A DNA stretch of 54,565 bases, from positions 1 through 54,565 of the forward strand of contig CAMFLK010000001.1 in assembly GCA_945957135.1 (NCBI GenBank). The letters run 5' to 3'. Under the pieces are notes generated by a model, which did no database searches, was not told where the DNA came from, and saw only the letters and a program-made list of their open reading frames with translations. Position numbers and translations under genes: made by a program. This DNA is from an uncultured Rhodospirillales bacterium (GTDB lineage Bacteria > Pseudomonadota > Alphaproteobacteria > Acetobacterales > Acetobacteraceae). Positions 1-9,300 of the stretch are shown piece by piece (positions within the stretch are counted from its first letter, which is position 1; every line of letters begins with the position of its first letter).

Positions 1-485
1 CCACGCCGGCGACAGCCGCGCTGGGCCTGCGCGTGCTGGACGCCACCTGGCGCTATTTCGTCGCCGGCGGCAGCCTGCGTGACGGCGGCCTGACCCAGGG
101 CTATCTCGACATCGATTTGCGCTTCCTCGACAGCTATTCCGGCCCCGGAAGCTGCCATTGGGGGCTGCGCTCGCTGGTTCTCGCCCTCATGCACCCCAGG
201 GGCGACGCGTTCTGGACCGCGCCGCCCGCGAAGCTGCCGGTGGAAGGCGGCGATTTCACCCTCGACCTTCCCCGGATCGGCTGGGTGGTCCAGGGCACCA
301 AGGCCACCGGCGAGATTGCCATCACCATCCCGAAGAATCCGGAGACGGCGGTGGCCGCCGCGGGATTCCCGATCTGGCGACGCTGGAAGGAGGCGCTGTT
401 GCAATACCCGCAGCGGCCCAACAACCACGAGGTGGCCTATCACCTGCGGCGCTACGCCTCGCGCGACCCGTTCACCGCGCGATGA
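1..485 (+). CDS. C-terminal part of a DUF2264-like protein (5-prime end outside the window)
   Basis: The frame of nt 3 is open from the window edge to TGA 483-485. GC3 is high. The segment SYSGPGSCHWGLRSL..HPRGDAFW recalls DUF2264-family proteins (from memory, not searched). Confidence 0.5.
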   Translation, partial: TPATAALGLRVLDATWRYFVAGGSLRDGGLTQGYLDIDLRFLDSYSGPGSCHWGLRSLVLALMHPRGDAFWTAPPAKLPVEGGDFTLDLPRIGWVVQGTKATGEIAITIPKNPETAVAAAGFPIWRRWKEALLQYPQRPNNHEVAYHLRRYASRDPFTAR

Positions 486-497
486 GCCGTCGGCGCT

Positions 498-1082
498 TCA
501 CAGCAGAACGCTGACCTCGTCGAAGAAGAAGCGCGGGGAGCGAGGGAACAGGCCCTCGGGGTCGCCGTGGCCGAGATTGATCAGGAAGTTGGATTTCCAG
601 CCGCGGTCGGACAGGAAGGTCTCGTCCACCTTGGCCTTGTCGAAGCCGGACATCGGCCCGGCATCCAGCCCCATGGCGCGGGCGGCGAGGATCAGGTAGC
701 CGCCCTGCAGCGTGCCATTGCGCAGCGCGGTTTCCTCGGCCAGCTCGGCATTGCCGGCGAACCAGGATTTGGCGTCGGCATGGGGGAACAGGCGGGGCAG
801 GTGGTCGTAGAATTTCGGGTCGTGGGCCACGATCACCGTCACCGGGGCGCTCATGGTCTTGTCCACATTGCCGGCGGACAGCGCGGGGCGCAGCCGTTCC
901 TTGGCCGCCTGCGTGCGCAGGAACACGAAGCGCGCGGGCGAGGAGTTGGCCGAGGTCGGCGCCCATTTCATCAGGTCGAACACCGCGCGCAGCTCGTCGT
1001 CGGTGACCGGCTGGTCGGTCCATTTGTTGTGGGTGCGCGCGTCGTTGAACAGCGTGTCCAGCGCGGTCTGGTCGAGAGCCAT
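498..1082 (-). CDS. Nitroreductase-family NAD(P)H oxidoreductase, RutE-like (malonic semialdehyde reductase type)
   Basis: ATG at 1082 ([21 protein letters not shown]). Motifs [36 protein letters not shown] and [11 protein letters not shown] are typical of RutE-type nitroreductases. No rut operon context. Confidence 0.85.
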   Translation of the reverse strand: MALDQTALDTLFNDARTHNKWTDQPVTDDELRAVFDLMKWAPTSANSSPARFVFLRTQAAKERLRPALSAGNVDKTMSAPVTVIVAHDPKFYDHLPRLFPHADAKSWFAGNAELAEETALRNGTLQGGYLILAARAMGLDAGPMSGFDKAKVDETFLSDRGWKSNFLINLGHGDPEGLFPRSPRFFFDEVSVLL

Positions 1083-1166
1083 CGGAGCCTCATTCGTTTG
1101 ATATCGAATTATCACGCGACATAATCAGTTTTGCCGCGCGGTTCAAGCCCGATGAGGAAGTGGGAT

Positions 1167-1724
1167 CTAGCCCGCGACCTGCTCCACGCCGATCACCTCC
1201 GGCACGTAATGGCGCAGCATGTTCTCGATGCCGTGCTTCAGGGTCGCGGAGGAGGAGGGGCAGCCGCTGCAGGCGCCCTGCATGTGCAGCTTCACCACCC
1301 CGTCGCGATAGCCGCGGAACACGATGTCCCCGCCATCGCCGGCCACCGCCGGGCGCACGCGGGTGTCGAGCAGCTCCTTGATCTGGGCGACGATCTCGGC
1401 GTCCTCCGGTGCCACGTCCTCGTCCTCCGCCGCGCCGTCGCCCTCGATCACCGGCCGGCCGGCGAGGAAATGGTCCATGATGGTGCCGAGCACCTGCGGC
1501 TTCAGGGCCTGCCAGTCGGTGTCGCCGGATTTGGTGACGGTGACGAAATCCCCGCCCAGGAACACGCGGGTCACGCCGGGCAGGGCAAACAGGGCGACGG
1601 CCAGCGGGCTGCGCGCGGCCGCCTCGGGGGCGGCGAAATCGGCGGTGCCGGCGCCGGCCACGTCGCGTCCCGGCAGGAATTTCAGGGTGGCCGGGTTGGG
1701 CGTGCCTTCGGTCTCGATGAACAT
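1167..1724 (-). CDS. NifU/Nfu-type Fe-S cluster scaffold protein
   Basis: ATG at 1724 (MFIETEGTPNPATLKF = Nfu N-terminal domain). C-terminal NifU motif GACSGCPSS (CxxC). The upstream part of the 214-aa ORF is not needed. Confidence 0.9.
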   Translation of the reverse strand: MFIETEGTPNPATLKFLPGRDVAGAGTADFAAPEAAARSPLAVALFALPGVTRVFLGGDFVTVTKSGDTDWQALKPQVLGTIMDHFLAGRPVIEGDGAAEDEDVAPEDAEIVAQIKELLDTRVRPAVAGDGGDIVFRGYRDGVVKLHMQGACSGCPSSSATLKHGIENMLRHYVPEVIGVEQVAG

Positions 1725-1867
1725 GACGGGCTTCTCCGCGCTGCATTCCGGACCGAGGCGGTCCGTCATGCCGCGATATCGCGCCGCGCCGCTTCCCTGG
1801 CAACCCCGCACGGATGCCGGCGGCGGGTTTCTGTCATGAAATTATCCGATTGGGACGATCGAGCGTT

Positions 1868-2494
1868 TCATCGCGCCTGCATCGCCAGCCGCGCGCCCAG
1901 TGCGAGATAGATCGCGCCGACCACCTTGCCCTGCCAGCGGCCGATGCCGCGATGCCGGCGCAGCCAGCGGCCGAACCGGTCGGCGACCAGCGCGATCATC
2001 GTGGCATAGGCCGCACTCATGGCCGCGAAGATCAGGCCGAGGACTGCGAGCTGGCTGGCCACCGCGCCATGGTCCGGCCGGACGAATTGCGGCAGGAAAG
2101 CCAGGAAGAACAGCGCGGTCTTGGGGTTGAGCAACTCGGCCAGGATGGCCTGGCGGAAGGCGAGCCGCGCGTCGGCCAACCGCCCCGGCACCAGGTTCAG
2201 CGCCGTTCCCTGTTCGAGAATGGCGCGCAGACCGAGATAGCAGAGATAGATCACGCCCGCATATTTCACCACGCTGAAGGCCAGCGCCGAGGTCATCAGC
2301 ACGGCGGAGAGGCCGATCGTCGCCATCACGGTGTGGAGCAGGTCGCCGAAGGCGATGCCCAGCCCGGTGGCGATGCCCACCCGCCGCCCACCGGCGGTCG
2401 TCCGCCCGAGCACCAGCAGCACCGCCGGGCCGGGAATGAGGAAAAGCCCGAGGACGACGAGGGCGTAGGCGAGCAGTGTGGCGGCGTCCGGCAT
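1868..2494 (-). CDS. LysE/RhtB-family amino-acid exporter
   Basis: ATG at 2494 (MPDAATLLAYALVVLGLFLIPGPAVL). About 6 TM segments. The LNPKTALFFLAFLPQF motif is typical of the LysE family. Confidence 0.85.
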   Translation of the reverse strand: MPDAATLLAYALVVLGLFLIPGPAVLLVLGRTTAGGRRVGIATGLGIAFGDLLHTVMATIGLSAVLMTSALAFSVVKYAGVIYLCYLGLRAILEQGTALNLVPGRLADARLAFRQAILAELLNPKTALFFLAFLPQFVRPDHGAVASQLAVLGLIFAAMSAAYATMIALVADRFGRWLRRHRGIGRWQGKVVGAIYLALGARLAMQAR

Positions 2495-2637
2495 GGCCTG
2501 GGGTCTCCGATCTGTCTTCATGCCAAAGACAGGCTTGCGGGCGCTTGTCCAGCGGGGAATCGCGCCGGTCCTTCGCCGCCGGCGCGGTGCATGTCCACCG
2601 TGCTTGACGAGGCAGGCACGCGCGCGCATACCGCGAA

Positions 2638-2654
2638 TTGAGAATGGTTCTTAA
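2638..2654. promoter_or_regulatory. 7-3-7 inverted repeat TTGAGAA-TGG-TTCTTAA, candidate iron-responsive operator (ICE/Irr-like or Fur-family site)
   Basis: Lies 19-35 nt upstream of the ATG of the Fe(3+) binding-protein gene. Matches 12 of 14 specified positions of the Irr ICE consensus TTTAGAA-N3-TTCTAAA as I recall it. Confidence 0.45.
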
Positions 2655-2672
2655 TTACATGAAGGATCGGTC

Positions 2673-3683
2673 ATGTCCCAGATTCAACGCCGCAGCCTGC
2701 TCGGCGCCGGCATCGCGCTCGCCGGTCTGGCGGGGCGCGGCGCCCGTGCGGCGGAGGCGGAGGGGCTGGTGCTCTACAACGGCCAGCACCGCACCACCAC
2801 GGAAGCCCTGGTGGCCGCCTTCACCAAGGCGACGGGCATCAAGGTGACGGTGCGCAATGCCGAGAGCCCGCAACTCGCCAGCCAGATCATCGAGGAAGGC
2901 GCGCGCAGCCCGGCCGACCTGTTCTATTCCGAGCAGAGCCCGCCGATCGCCGCCGTGGACGCGCGCGGCCTGCTGGCGCCGATCGACGCCGCCACCCTCG
3001 CGCAGGTGCCGAAGGTCTATGCCGCGGGCAACGGCAACTGGGTGGGCGGCAGCGTGCGCACCCGCGTGGTGATCTACAACAAGAAGATGATCACGCCGGA
3101 CCAGCTGCCGAAATCGGTGCTCGATTTCGCCTCGGACGCCTGGAAGGACCGCATCGCCTACGTGCCGCATGACGGTTTCCAGGAGCAGATCGTCGCCATC
3201 GTGAAGGAGAAGGGCCGCCCGGCCGCCCTGGCCTGGCTGCAGGGGCTGAAGAAGAATGCCCGCTTCTACAACTCCAACACCGCCGCCCGCCGCGCGGTTG
3301 AGGCCGGCGAAATCCCCGCCGCGCTGACCAACAACTACTACTGGTACACCCAGGCACGCGAGACCGGGGCGGACAAGATGAACTCCGCGCTGTTCCACGT
3401 GGCGCCCACCGATGTCGGCGCGCTGCGCACCATTTCGGCGGCGGGCATCCTGAAGACCACCAAGCACCCGGCCGAGGCGCAGCGCTTCATCGCCTTCATG
3501 GTCAGCCGCGAGGGCCAGCAGGCGATCGTGAATTCCGTCGCCGAATATTCGGTGCGGCCGGACGTCGCCTCGCCGTTCAGCCTGCCGCCGCTCGACAGCT
3601 ACGCCAATGCGCCGATCACCATGGGCGAGGTGGGCGCGGCGGAGGAGGCCTACGCCCTGGAGCGTGAGGCCGGCATCGCGTGA
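2673..3683 (+). CDS. Fe(3+) ABC transporter periplasmic substrate-binding protein (FbpA/AfuA-like)
   Basis: ATG is preceded by AAGGA. Tat-type signal MSQIQRRSLLGAGIALAGLAG..AAEA. Followed by a fused two-domain permease and an ATPase. Confidence 0.85.
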   Translation: MSQIQRRSLLGAGIALAGLAGRGARAAEAEGLVLYNGQHRTTTEALVAAFTKATGIKVTVRNAESPQLASQIIEEGARSPADLFYSEQSPPIAAVDARGLLAPIDAATLAQVPKVYAAGNGNWVGGSVRTRVVIYNKKMITPDQLPKSVLDFASDAWKDRIAYVPHDGFQEQIVAIVKEKGRPAALAWLQGLKKNARFYNSNTAARRAVEAGEIPAALTNNYYWYTQARETGADKMNSALFHVAPTDVGALRTISAAGILKTTKHPAEAQRFIAFMVSREGQQAIVNSVAEYSVRPDVASPFSLPPLDSYANAPITMGEVGAAEEAYALEREAGIA

Positions 3684-3695
3684 CGTGAAGCGCCG

Positions 3696-3833
3696 GTCTT
3701 CTTCGAGGGTGGCGCCGGGCTCGATGCCGTCAAGGGCCGCTTCGTTTCGCTGGGGGCGGTCAAGGCGCTTGAGTGAAGCGTGCCTTGACAGCGTCCGGCG
3801 AAACGCAAGCGCAATCGCAAGCGCGAAGGAGCC
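3696..3833 (+). repeat. GC-rich hairpin element, short (deletion-derivative) copy A, intercistronic
   Basis: Shares both ends (GGTGGCGCC.GGCTCGATG.CGTCAAGG ... CCTTGACAGCG...GCGAAGGAGCC) with the ~279-bp copies at 38503-38781 and 49185-49460. It lacks their central ~140 nt. Confidence 0.75.
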
Positions 3834-3857
3834 CCACCCGACCGGGGCACAAGGCGC

Positions 3858-5390
3858 GTGAGCGGCCGCCGCCTTCCGCCGCCGCTCTGGCTGGTCGGCC
3901 TCGCGCTGGTGCCGACGGCGCTGGTGCTGATGCCCATGGCCTATATCGGCGCCCGCGCCTGGGGCGCGGGGCCACTTGGCCTGTGGAACGAGCTGGCGCG
4001 GCCTTACGTGCTCGGCCTGTTGGCCAACACGCTGGGGCTCGCCGCCGGCGTCACCCTCGCCGCCGCCGTGCTCGGCACGGCGCTGGCCTGGTGCACGGAG
4101 CGCTGCGCCCTGCCCGCGGCCGGGCTGTGGCGCGTCGCCGCCTGCCTACCGCTCGCCATGCCCGCCTTCGTCGCGAGCTACGCCTGGTCCTCCCTCGGCC
4201 CCGCCTTCCAGGGGCTGGGCGGCGCCATCCTGATCCTGACGCTGACCAGCACGCCGCTGATCTACCTGCCGATGATCGCCGCCCTGCGCGGCATGGATCC
4301 GGGCTTCGAGGACGTGGCCCGCTCGCTCGGCCTCGGCCCGCTGCGCTGCTTCCTGCGCACCGTGCTTCCCCAGGCCCTGCCGGCGCTGGGCGGGGGCGCG
4401 CTGCTGGTCGCCTCCCACATGCTCGGCGAGTTCGGCGCGCTGGTGATGCTGCGGGTGCAGACCTTCACCACCGCCATCTTCGACCAGTATCAGATGCAGT
4501 TCGACCCCGCCGCCGCCTCGCTGCTGTCGGCCGCGCTGATGGCGCTGAGCCTGCCGGTGGCGTTCGGCGAGATGCGGCTGCGGCGCGACCGCCGCTTCGC
4601 CCGCGTCGGCCGTGGCAATGCGCGGCGGCCGGCGCCGATCCGGCTGGGCTGGTGGGCGCTGCCGGTCTGCGCGGGTTTCGCGCTGTATATCGGCCTCGCT
4701 TTGGGCGTGCCGCTCGCCACGCTGCTGTTCTGGCTGCTGCATGGCAGTTCCTTCGGCATTGGGCTGGGCGCGGTGCTTCCCGCGCTGATGGATTCGCTCG
4801 CCCTGTCCCTGCCCGGCGCGGTGCTGACCACGCTGCTCGCCCTGCCGCTGGTGATGCTGACCCTGCGCAGCGAGAGCGCGGCGGCCCGCCTCGCCGACCG
4901 GCTGCCCTATCTGGTGCACGGCCTGCCGGGCATCGGCATCGCGCTCGCGCTGATCGCCATTTCGCTGCACGGCGTGCCCGCGCTGTATCAGACGCGGCTG
5001 GTGGTGATGCTGGCCTACGCCATCCTGTTCCTACCACTCGCCCAGTCCGCGCTGCGCGCCTCGGCCGAGCAGGTGCCGCCGGAGCTGGAGGAGGTGGCGC
5101 GCAGCCTGGGGGACCGGCCGCTGCGCGCCTTCCGGCGGGTGACGCTGCCCAACCTGTTGCCCGGCGCCGGCGCGGCGCTGGCCTTGATCATCCTGCAGTT
5201 GATGCGCGAACTCACCGCCACGCTGCTGCTGTCGCCCTCCGGCGTCTCCACCCTGGCGACCGAGCTGTGGTCCTATGCCAGCGAGACCTCCTACGCCGCC
5301 GCCGCCCCCTTCGCCGCCGCCCTGGTTTTGATCTCCGGCCTGCCGGTGTATGTGCTCACCGTGCGCAGCGTCACCCCCGATAGAATATGA
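3858..5390 (+). CDS. Fe(3+) ABC transporter permease (two fused permease halves, FbpB-like)
   Basis: GTG start. 510 aa, multi-TM. Two EAA-type loops, each ending in the same motif (..DPGFEDVARSLG and ..PPELEEVARSLG). ATGA overlap with the ATPase gene. Confidence 0.85.
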   Translation: MSGRRLPPPLWLVGLALVPTALVLMPMAYIGARAWGAGPLGLWNELARPYVLGLLANTLGLAAGVTLAAAVLGTALAWCTERCALPAAGLWRVAACLPLAMPAFVASYAWSSLGPAFQGLGGAILILTLTSTPLIYLPMIAALRGMDPGFEDVARSLGLGPLRCFLRTVLPQALPALGGGALLVASHMLGEFGALVMLRVQTFTTAIFDQYQMQFDPAAASLLSAALMALSLPVAFGEMRLRRDRRFARVGRGNARRPAPIRLGWWALPVCAGFALYIGLALGVPLATLLFWLLHGSSFGIGLGAVLPALMDSLALSLPGAVLTTLLALPLVMLTLRSESAAARLADRLPYLVHGLPGIGIALALIAISLHGVPALYQTRLVVMLAYAILFLPLAQSALRASAEQVPPELEEVARSLGDRPLRAFRRVTLPNLLPGAGAALALIILQLMRELTATLLLSPSGVSTLATELWSYASETSYAAAAPFAAALVLISGLPVYVLTVRSVTPDRI

Positions 5391-6400
5391 GCCGTCTGGA
5401 AGTGACGGGGCTGTGCCGGCGCTTCGGCCGGCAGATTGTGCTCGACCGGGTCGATCTCACCCTTGAATCCGGCACCATCGCCGCGGTGCTTGGCGCTTCC
5501 GGGTGCGGCAAGACCACGCTGCTGCGCCTGATCGCCGGCTTCGACCGGGCGGATGCCGGCACCATCGCCATCGGTGGAACGCCGGTGGCCGGTGGCGGCC
5601 TGCACATCCCGCCGGAGCGCCGGCGCATCGGCTACGTGCCGCAGGAAGGCGCGCTGTTCCCGCATCTGACCGTGGCGGACAATGTCGGCTTTGGCCTGAA
5701 GCGCGACGCCGCCCGCGCCCCGCGCATTGCCGCGATGCTGACGCTGACCGGATTGCAAGGGCTGGAAAGCCGCTACCCGGCCCAGCTTTCCGGCGGCCAG
5801 CAGCAGCGCGCCGCCCTGGCCCGCGCGCTGGCCCCGGCACCCTCGCTCGTGCTGCTCGACGAGCCGTTCAACGCGCTGGACATCGAGCTGCGTCGCACCG
5901 TCTGCGCCGACGTGATCGCCGCGCTGCGCATCACCGGCGCCACCGCCTTCCTCGTCACCCACGATCCGCAGGAGGCCTTCGCCAGCGCCGACCGGCTGGG
6001 GGTGATGCACGCCGGGCGGATGATGCAGATGGATGACCCCGCCGCGATCTATCGCACCCCCGCCGATCCGGTGGTTGCCGGCCTCACCGGCGCCACGCTG
6101 TTCCTCGACGGCACCGCCGTCGGCGACGTGGTGGCCACCGCCCTCGGTCCCGTCGTCCTGCGGGTGCCGCACACCGGGCCGGTCACCGTGCTGGTCCGCC
6201 CCGAACAGATCGCCCTGGCCGGGTCCGAGGAAGGGGTGGCCGCGCGAATCACCGCCCAGGCTTTCCGCGGCGACCACATGCTGGTGACGCTTCAGGCCGG
6301 CGGGGTGACCGCCCAGCTGCGCCTACCCGACAGCCCTGGTCCTGGCACGGCGATCCGCGTGCGCGTCGCCGGGCCGTGTTCGGCATGGGCAAAGGCCTGA
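5387..6400 (+). CDS. Fe(3+)/spermidine-type ABC transporter ATP-binding protein (FbpC-like)
   Basis: Walker A GASGCGKTT, signature LSGGQQQRAALARAL, Walker B LVLLDEPF, plus a C-terminal regulatory/TOBE-like extension. Confidence 0.9.
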   Translation: MSRLEVTGLCRRFGRQIVLDRVDLTLESGTIAAVLGASGCGKTTLLRLIAGFDRADAGTIAIGGTPVAGGGLHIPPERRRIGYVPQEGALFPHLTVADNVGFGLKRDAARAPRIAAMLTLTGLQGLESRYPAQLSGGQQQRAALARALAPAPSLVLLDEPFNALDIELRRTVCADVIAALRITGATAFLVTHDPQEAFASADRLGVMHAGRMMQMDDPAAIYRTPADPVVAGLTGATLFLDGTAVGDVVATALGPVVLRVPHTGPVTVLVRPEQIALAGSEEGVAARITAQAFRGDHMLVTLQAGGVTAQLRLPDSPGPGTAIRVRVAGPCSAWAKA

Positions 6401-6429
6401 CCTGAACGGAAGCAAGGCAAGGAAGGCCA

Positions 6430-6460
6430 GGGGAAGCGCTCCTCGCCTTTCTTCTTCCCC
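6430..6460. terminator. Hairpin between convergent genes (GGGGAAG...CTTCCCC); sequence related to the REP-like hairpins at the window end
   Basis: 7-bp stem read directly. The flanking AAGGCCAGGGG and CAAGGCAAGG strings recur at 54465-54501. No T-run. Confidence 0.3.
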
Positions 6461-6462
6461 GC

Positions 6463-7488
6463 TCATGCCGCCTGCAACGTCGCCGGCGACCATCCGAATG
6501 CCGGCGCCACGTGCTCGGCCATCAGCTCGATGGATCGGAGGATGTAGGGATGTGGCGGGTCCACGGAGTGGACTTGGACCACGAGGTCGGTGGCGCGCAG
6601 CATGGCGGTGTCGGTTTTCAGGGAGGCGATGACTTCGTCGGGGGTGCCGATATGGACGTCGAAGGCGCGGATGAGGTCGTGGACGGTGGTGGCGGTGGAG
6701 GCGATTTCGCGGCCGTCGAGTTTGCCGCGCATGCGTTCGAGGCCGATGGTGGCGAAGCGCAGCATTTCCTCGCGGTCGTCGGCCACGATCACGCTGCGGG
6801 AGGCGACGATGCGGGGGGCGACGCCGGCGGGCAGGGCGGCGAGATAGGCGTCGATGATCGGGTTCTGGATGTCCGACAGGCTGGCGTCGGGGGCTTCGGC
6901 GGTGCGGGGCTGAGTGCGGGAGAGCATCACCCCGTCGCCCACCGCGCCGGCGCGGCGGCCACCTTCCACGCTGAACGTGGCTTGCCAGACGCGGGCGTCG
7001 AGTTCCGGGCGGGTGGGGTAGAGCGTGTCGCCGCCGACCAGCCTTCCGCCGGTCCAGGCGTTGCGCAGGATGGCGAGGTTTTCGTTGAACAGCCGGCCGC
7101 GATCGGCGGAGTCCAGGCCGAAGGAGGGGAAGGCGGCAGGGTTGCCGCCGGGTCCCACCCCCACGTCCAGCCGTCCGTCGCACATCATGTCGAGCACGGC
7201 GGTGTCTTCGGCCACGCGGATGGGCAGTTCCATCGGCAGGGTGATGATGCCGGTGCCAAGGCGGATGCGGCTGGTGCGGGCGCCGACATGGCCGAAGAAC
7301 ACCAGCGGCGCCGGCAGCCCGCCTTCCATTTCATGGAAATGGTGCTGGGCGATCCAGGCGGAATCGAAACCGCATCGTTCGGCGTGGATAATCTGTTCGG
7401 TCGCCAGGCGGTAGCGTTCGGCGGCGGGAACCCGGTCGAGCAGGCGGGTGAAGAAGCCCAGGCGCTTGCCATGCTGCATCTGCGTCAT
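6463..7488 (-). CDS. LLM-class (luciferase-like) flavin-dependent oxidoreductase
   Basis: ATG at 7488 (MTQMQHGKRLGFF). Motifs FDSAWIAQHHF and IRLGTGIITLP. The rest of the 543-aa ORF upstream is antisense to marR and was discarded. Confidence 0.85.
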   Translation of the reverse strand: MTQMQHGKRLGFFTRLLDRVPAAERYRLATEQIIHAERCGFDSAWIAQHHFHEMEGGLPAPLVFFGHVGARTSRIRLGTGIITLPMELPIRVAEDTAVLDMMCDGRLDVGVGPGGNPAAFPSFGLDSADRGRLFNENLAILRNAWTGGRLVGGDTLYPTRPELDARVWQATFSVEGGRRAGAVGDGVMLSRTQPRTAEAPDASLSDIQNPIIDAYLAALPAGVAPRIVASRSVIVADDREEMLRFATIGLERMRGKLDGREIASTATTVHDLIRAFDVHIGTPDEVIASLKTDTAMLRATDLVVQVHSVDPPHPYILRSIELMAEHVAPAFGWSPATLQAA

Positions 7489-7615
7489 GCCCCAGCCTCG
7501 CGCGCCCGGCCGGCCAACGCAAGCACGGTGACGCCAGCGCGGCGGGAAACGCAGCCCTGCGCTGCGCCGCAGCATCGCGGCTGGCATCCGGCCGGAGGTC
7601 GCGCATATCATAAGC

Positions 7616-8116
7616 ATGCTCAAGACAAGCGAGCCGCCAATGCCCACCAACCCGCCTACCCTCGGTTTTCTGCTGCACGACGTCGCGCGCTTCATGCGCA
7701 AGCGGTTCGAGCAGAACGCCCGCTGCCTCGGCCTTACCCGCTCGCAATGGCAGGTGCTGGCCTTCATCGCGCCCAATGAGGGCATCCACCAGGCCGGCCT
7801 CGCCGACATCCTGGATATCGAGGGCATCACTCTGGTGCGCATCCTCGACAAGCTGGAGGCGCGCGGCCTGATCGAGCGCCGCCAGCACCCCACCGACCGG
7901 CGCATCTGGCTGCTGTATCTCACCGCCGCCGCCCATCCCTTGCTGGCGCGCATGCGCGAGATCGGCGAGCGCACGCGGGCGGAGGCGCTGGAGGGCGTGC
8001 CCGATGCCGAGCGGGCGCTGCTGATGCAGAGCCTGTCGGCCATGCGGCGCAACCTGGTGTCCGCTTGCGATCTTCCTCCCTGTTCCGACCACACCGACGA
8101 GGCCCGTCATGGGTGA
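7616..8116 (+). CDS. MarR-family transcriptional regulator
   Basis: Winged-helix region LTRSQWQVLAFIAPNEGIHQAGLADILDIEGITLVRILDKLEARGLIERRQHPTDRR. First gene of the efflux operon. Confidence 0.9.
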   Translation: MLKTSEPPMPTNPPTLGFLLHDVARFMRKRFEQNARCLGLTRSQWQVLAFIAPNEGIHQAGLADILDIEGITLVRILDKLEARGLIERRQHPTDRRIWLLYLTAAAHPLLARMREIGERTRAEALEGVPDAERALLMQSLSAMRRNLVSACDLPPCSDHTDEARHG

Positions 8117-9296
8117 AGCCCCTTCCACGCCGCGCGAGGCGGCGCCTGCCCCGATGTCCCCCACGCCGATGTCAACCGCCGAAGCGCCCGCGGCGCAGCC
8201 AACCCCGGTGCGCCGTGCCCGCAACCGACGGGCGCAGGTAAGGCTGGTGCTGTTCCTGCTGCTGCCGCTCGCCCTGCTGGCCGGCGGATGGGAATACGCG
8301 CGCGGCGGGCGGATCATGTCCACCGACAACGCCTATGTGCGCGCCGACATCCTGCCGGTCTCCACCGACATTTCCGGCATCGTGAAGGAGGTGCCGGTCC
8401 GCGAGAACCAGCCGATCCGCATCGGCGACGTGCTGTTCCGCCTGGACGACCAGCCCTTCCGCATCGCGCTCGACCGGGCGGAGGCGCAGATCGGCGTGGT
8501 GCGCACCGCGCTGGAGGCGCTGAAGGCCAGCTACAAGGACATGCAGGCCCAGATCGCCCAGGCCCAGGTGGACGTGAATTTCTACGCCCGCGAACTGGAT
8601 CGGCAGAAGGAGCTGCTGGCCCGCTCCGTCGCCTCCCAGGCCGCGTTCGACCAGGCGCAACGCAACCTGCTGAGCGCGCGGCAGAAGGTCGCCTCGTTGC
8701 AGCAGCAGCTGGCCGGCATCGTCGCCAATCTCGGCGGCGACCCCGACTTGCCGGTCGAGCAGCATCCGCGCTACGCCGAGGCCGTCGCCGCGCGCGACGA
8801 GGCGGCGCGCCAGCTGTCCCACACCACCGTGGTCGCGCCGATGAACGGGGTGGCGACCAACGTGCCCTCGCTGCGGCCGGGCATGTATCTCGCCGCGGCC
8901 ACGCCGGCCTTCAGCATCGTCTCCACCGACCATCTGTGGATCGACGCCAGCCCGAAGGAGACGGAGCTGACCAACGTGCGCCCCGGCCAGAAGGTGACTG
9001 TGACGGTGGACACCTATCCGGACGAGAGCTGGAAGGGCGTGGTGGACAGCGTCAGCCCCGCCTCCGCGTCCAGCTACGCCATCCTTCCGGCGCAGAACAC
9101 CAGCGGCAACTGGGTGAAGGTGGTGCAGCGCATTCCCATGCGCGTGCGCATCGAGACCCAGCCGGACCAGCCGCCGCTGCGCGCGGGCATGAGCGTGGTG
9201 GTGAACGTCGATACGGGCAAGGCGCGCGGCCTGCCGTCGTTCCTCGCCCCCGTCGCCGAATGGGTGGGGCTGGCGCCGGCGGGGCAGAAGGGCTGA
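8109..9296 (+). CDS. HlyD/EmrA-family membrane fusion (periplasmic adaptor) protein
   Basis: ATG overlaps the marR end by 8 nt. Single N-terminal TM (VLFLLLPLALLAGGW), long coiled-coil and a beta-barrel C-terminus, typical of EmrA. Confidence 0.9.
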   Translation: MGEAPSTPREAAPAPMSPTPMSTAEAPAAQPTPVRRARNRRAQVRLVLFLLLPLALLAGGWEYARGGRIMSTDNAYVRADILPVSTDISGIVKEVPVRENQPIRIGDVLFRLDDQPFRIALDRAEAQIGVVRTALEALKASYKDMQAQIAQAQVDVNFYARELDRQKELLARSVASQAAFDQAQRNLLSARQKVASLQQQLAGIVANLGGDPDLPVEQHPRYAEAVAARDEAARQLSHTTVVAPMNGVATNVPSLRPGMYLAAATPAFSIVSTDHLWIDASPKETELTNVRPGQKVTVTVDTYPDESWKGVVDSVSPASASSYAILPAQNTSGNWVKVVQRIPMRVRIETQPDQPPLRAGMSVVVNVDTGKARGLPSFLAPVAEWVGLAPAGQKG

Positions 9297-9300
9297 ACCG

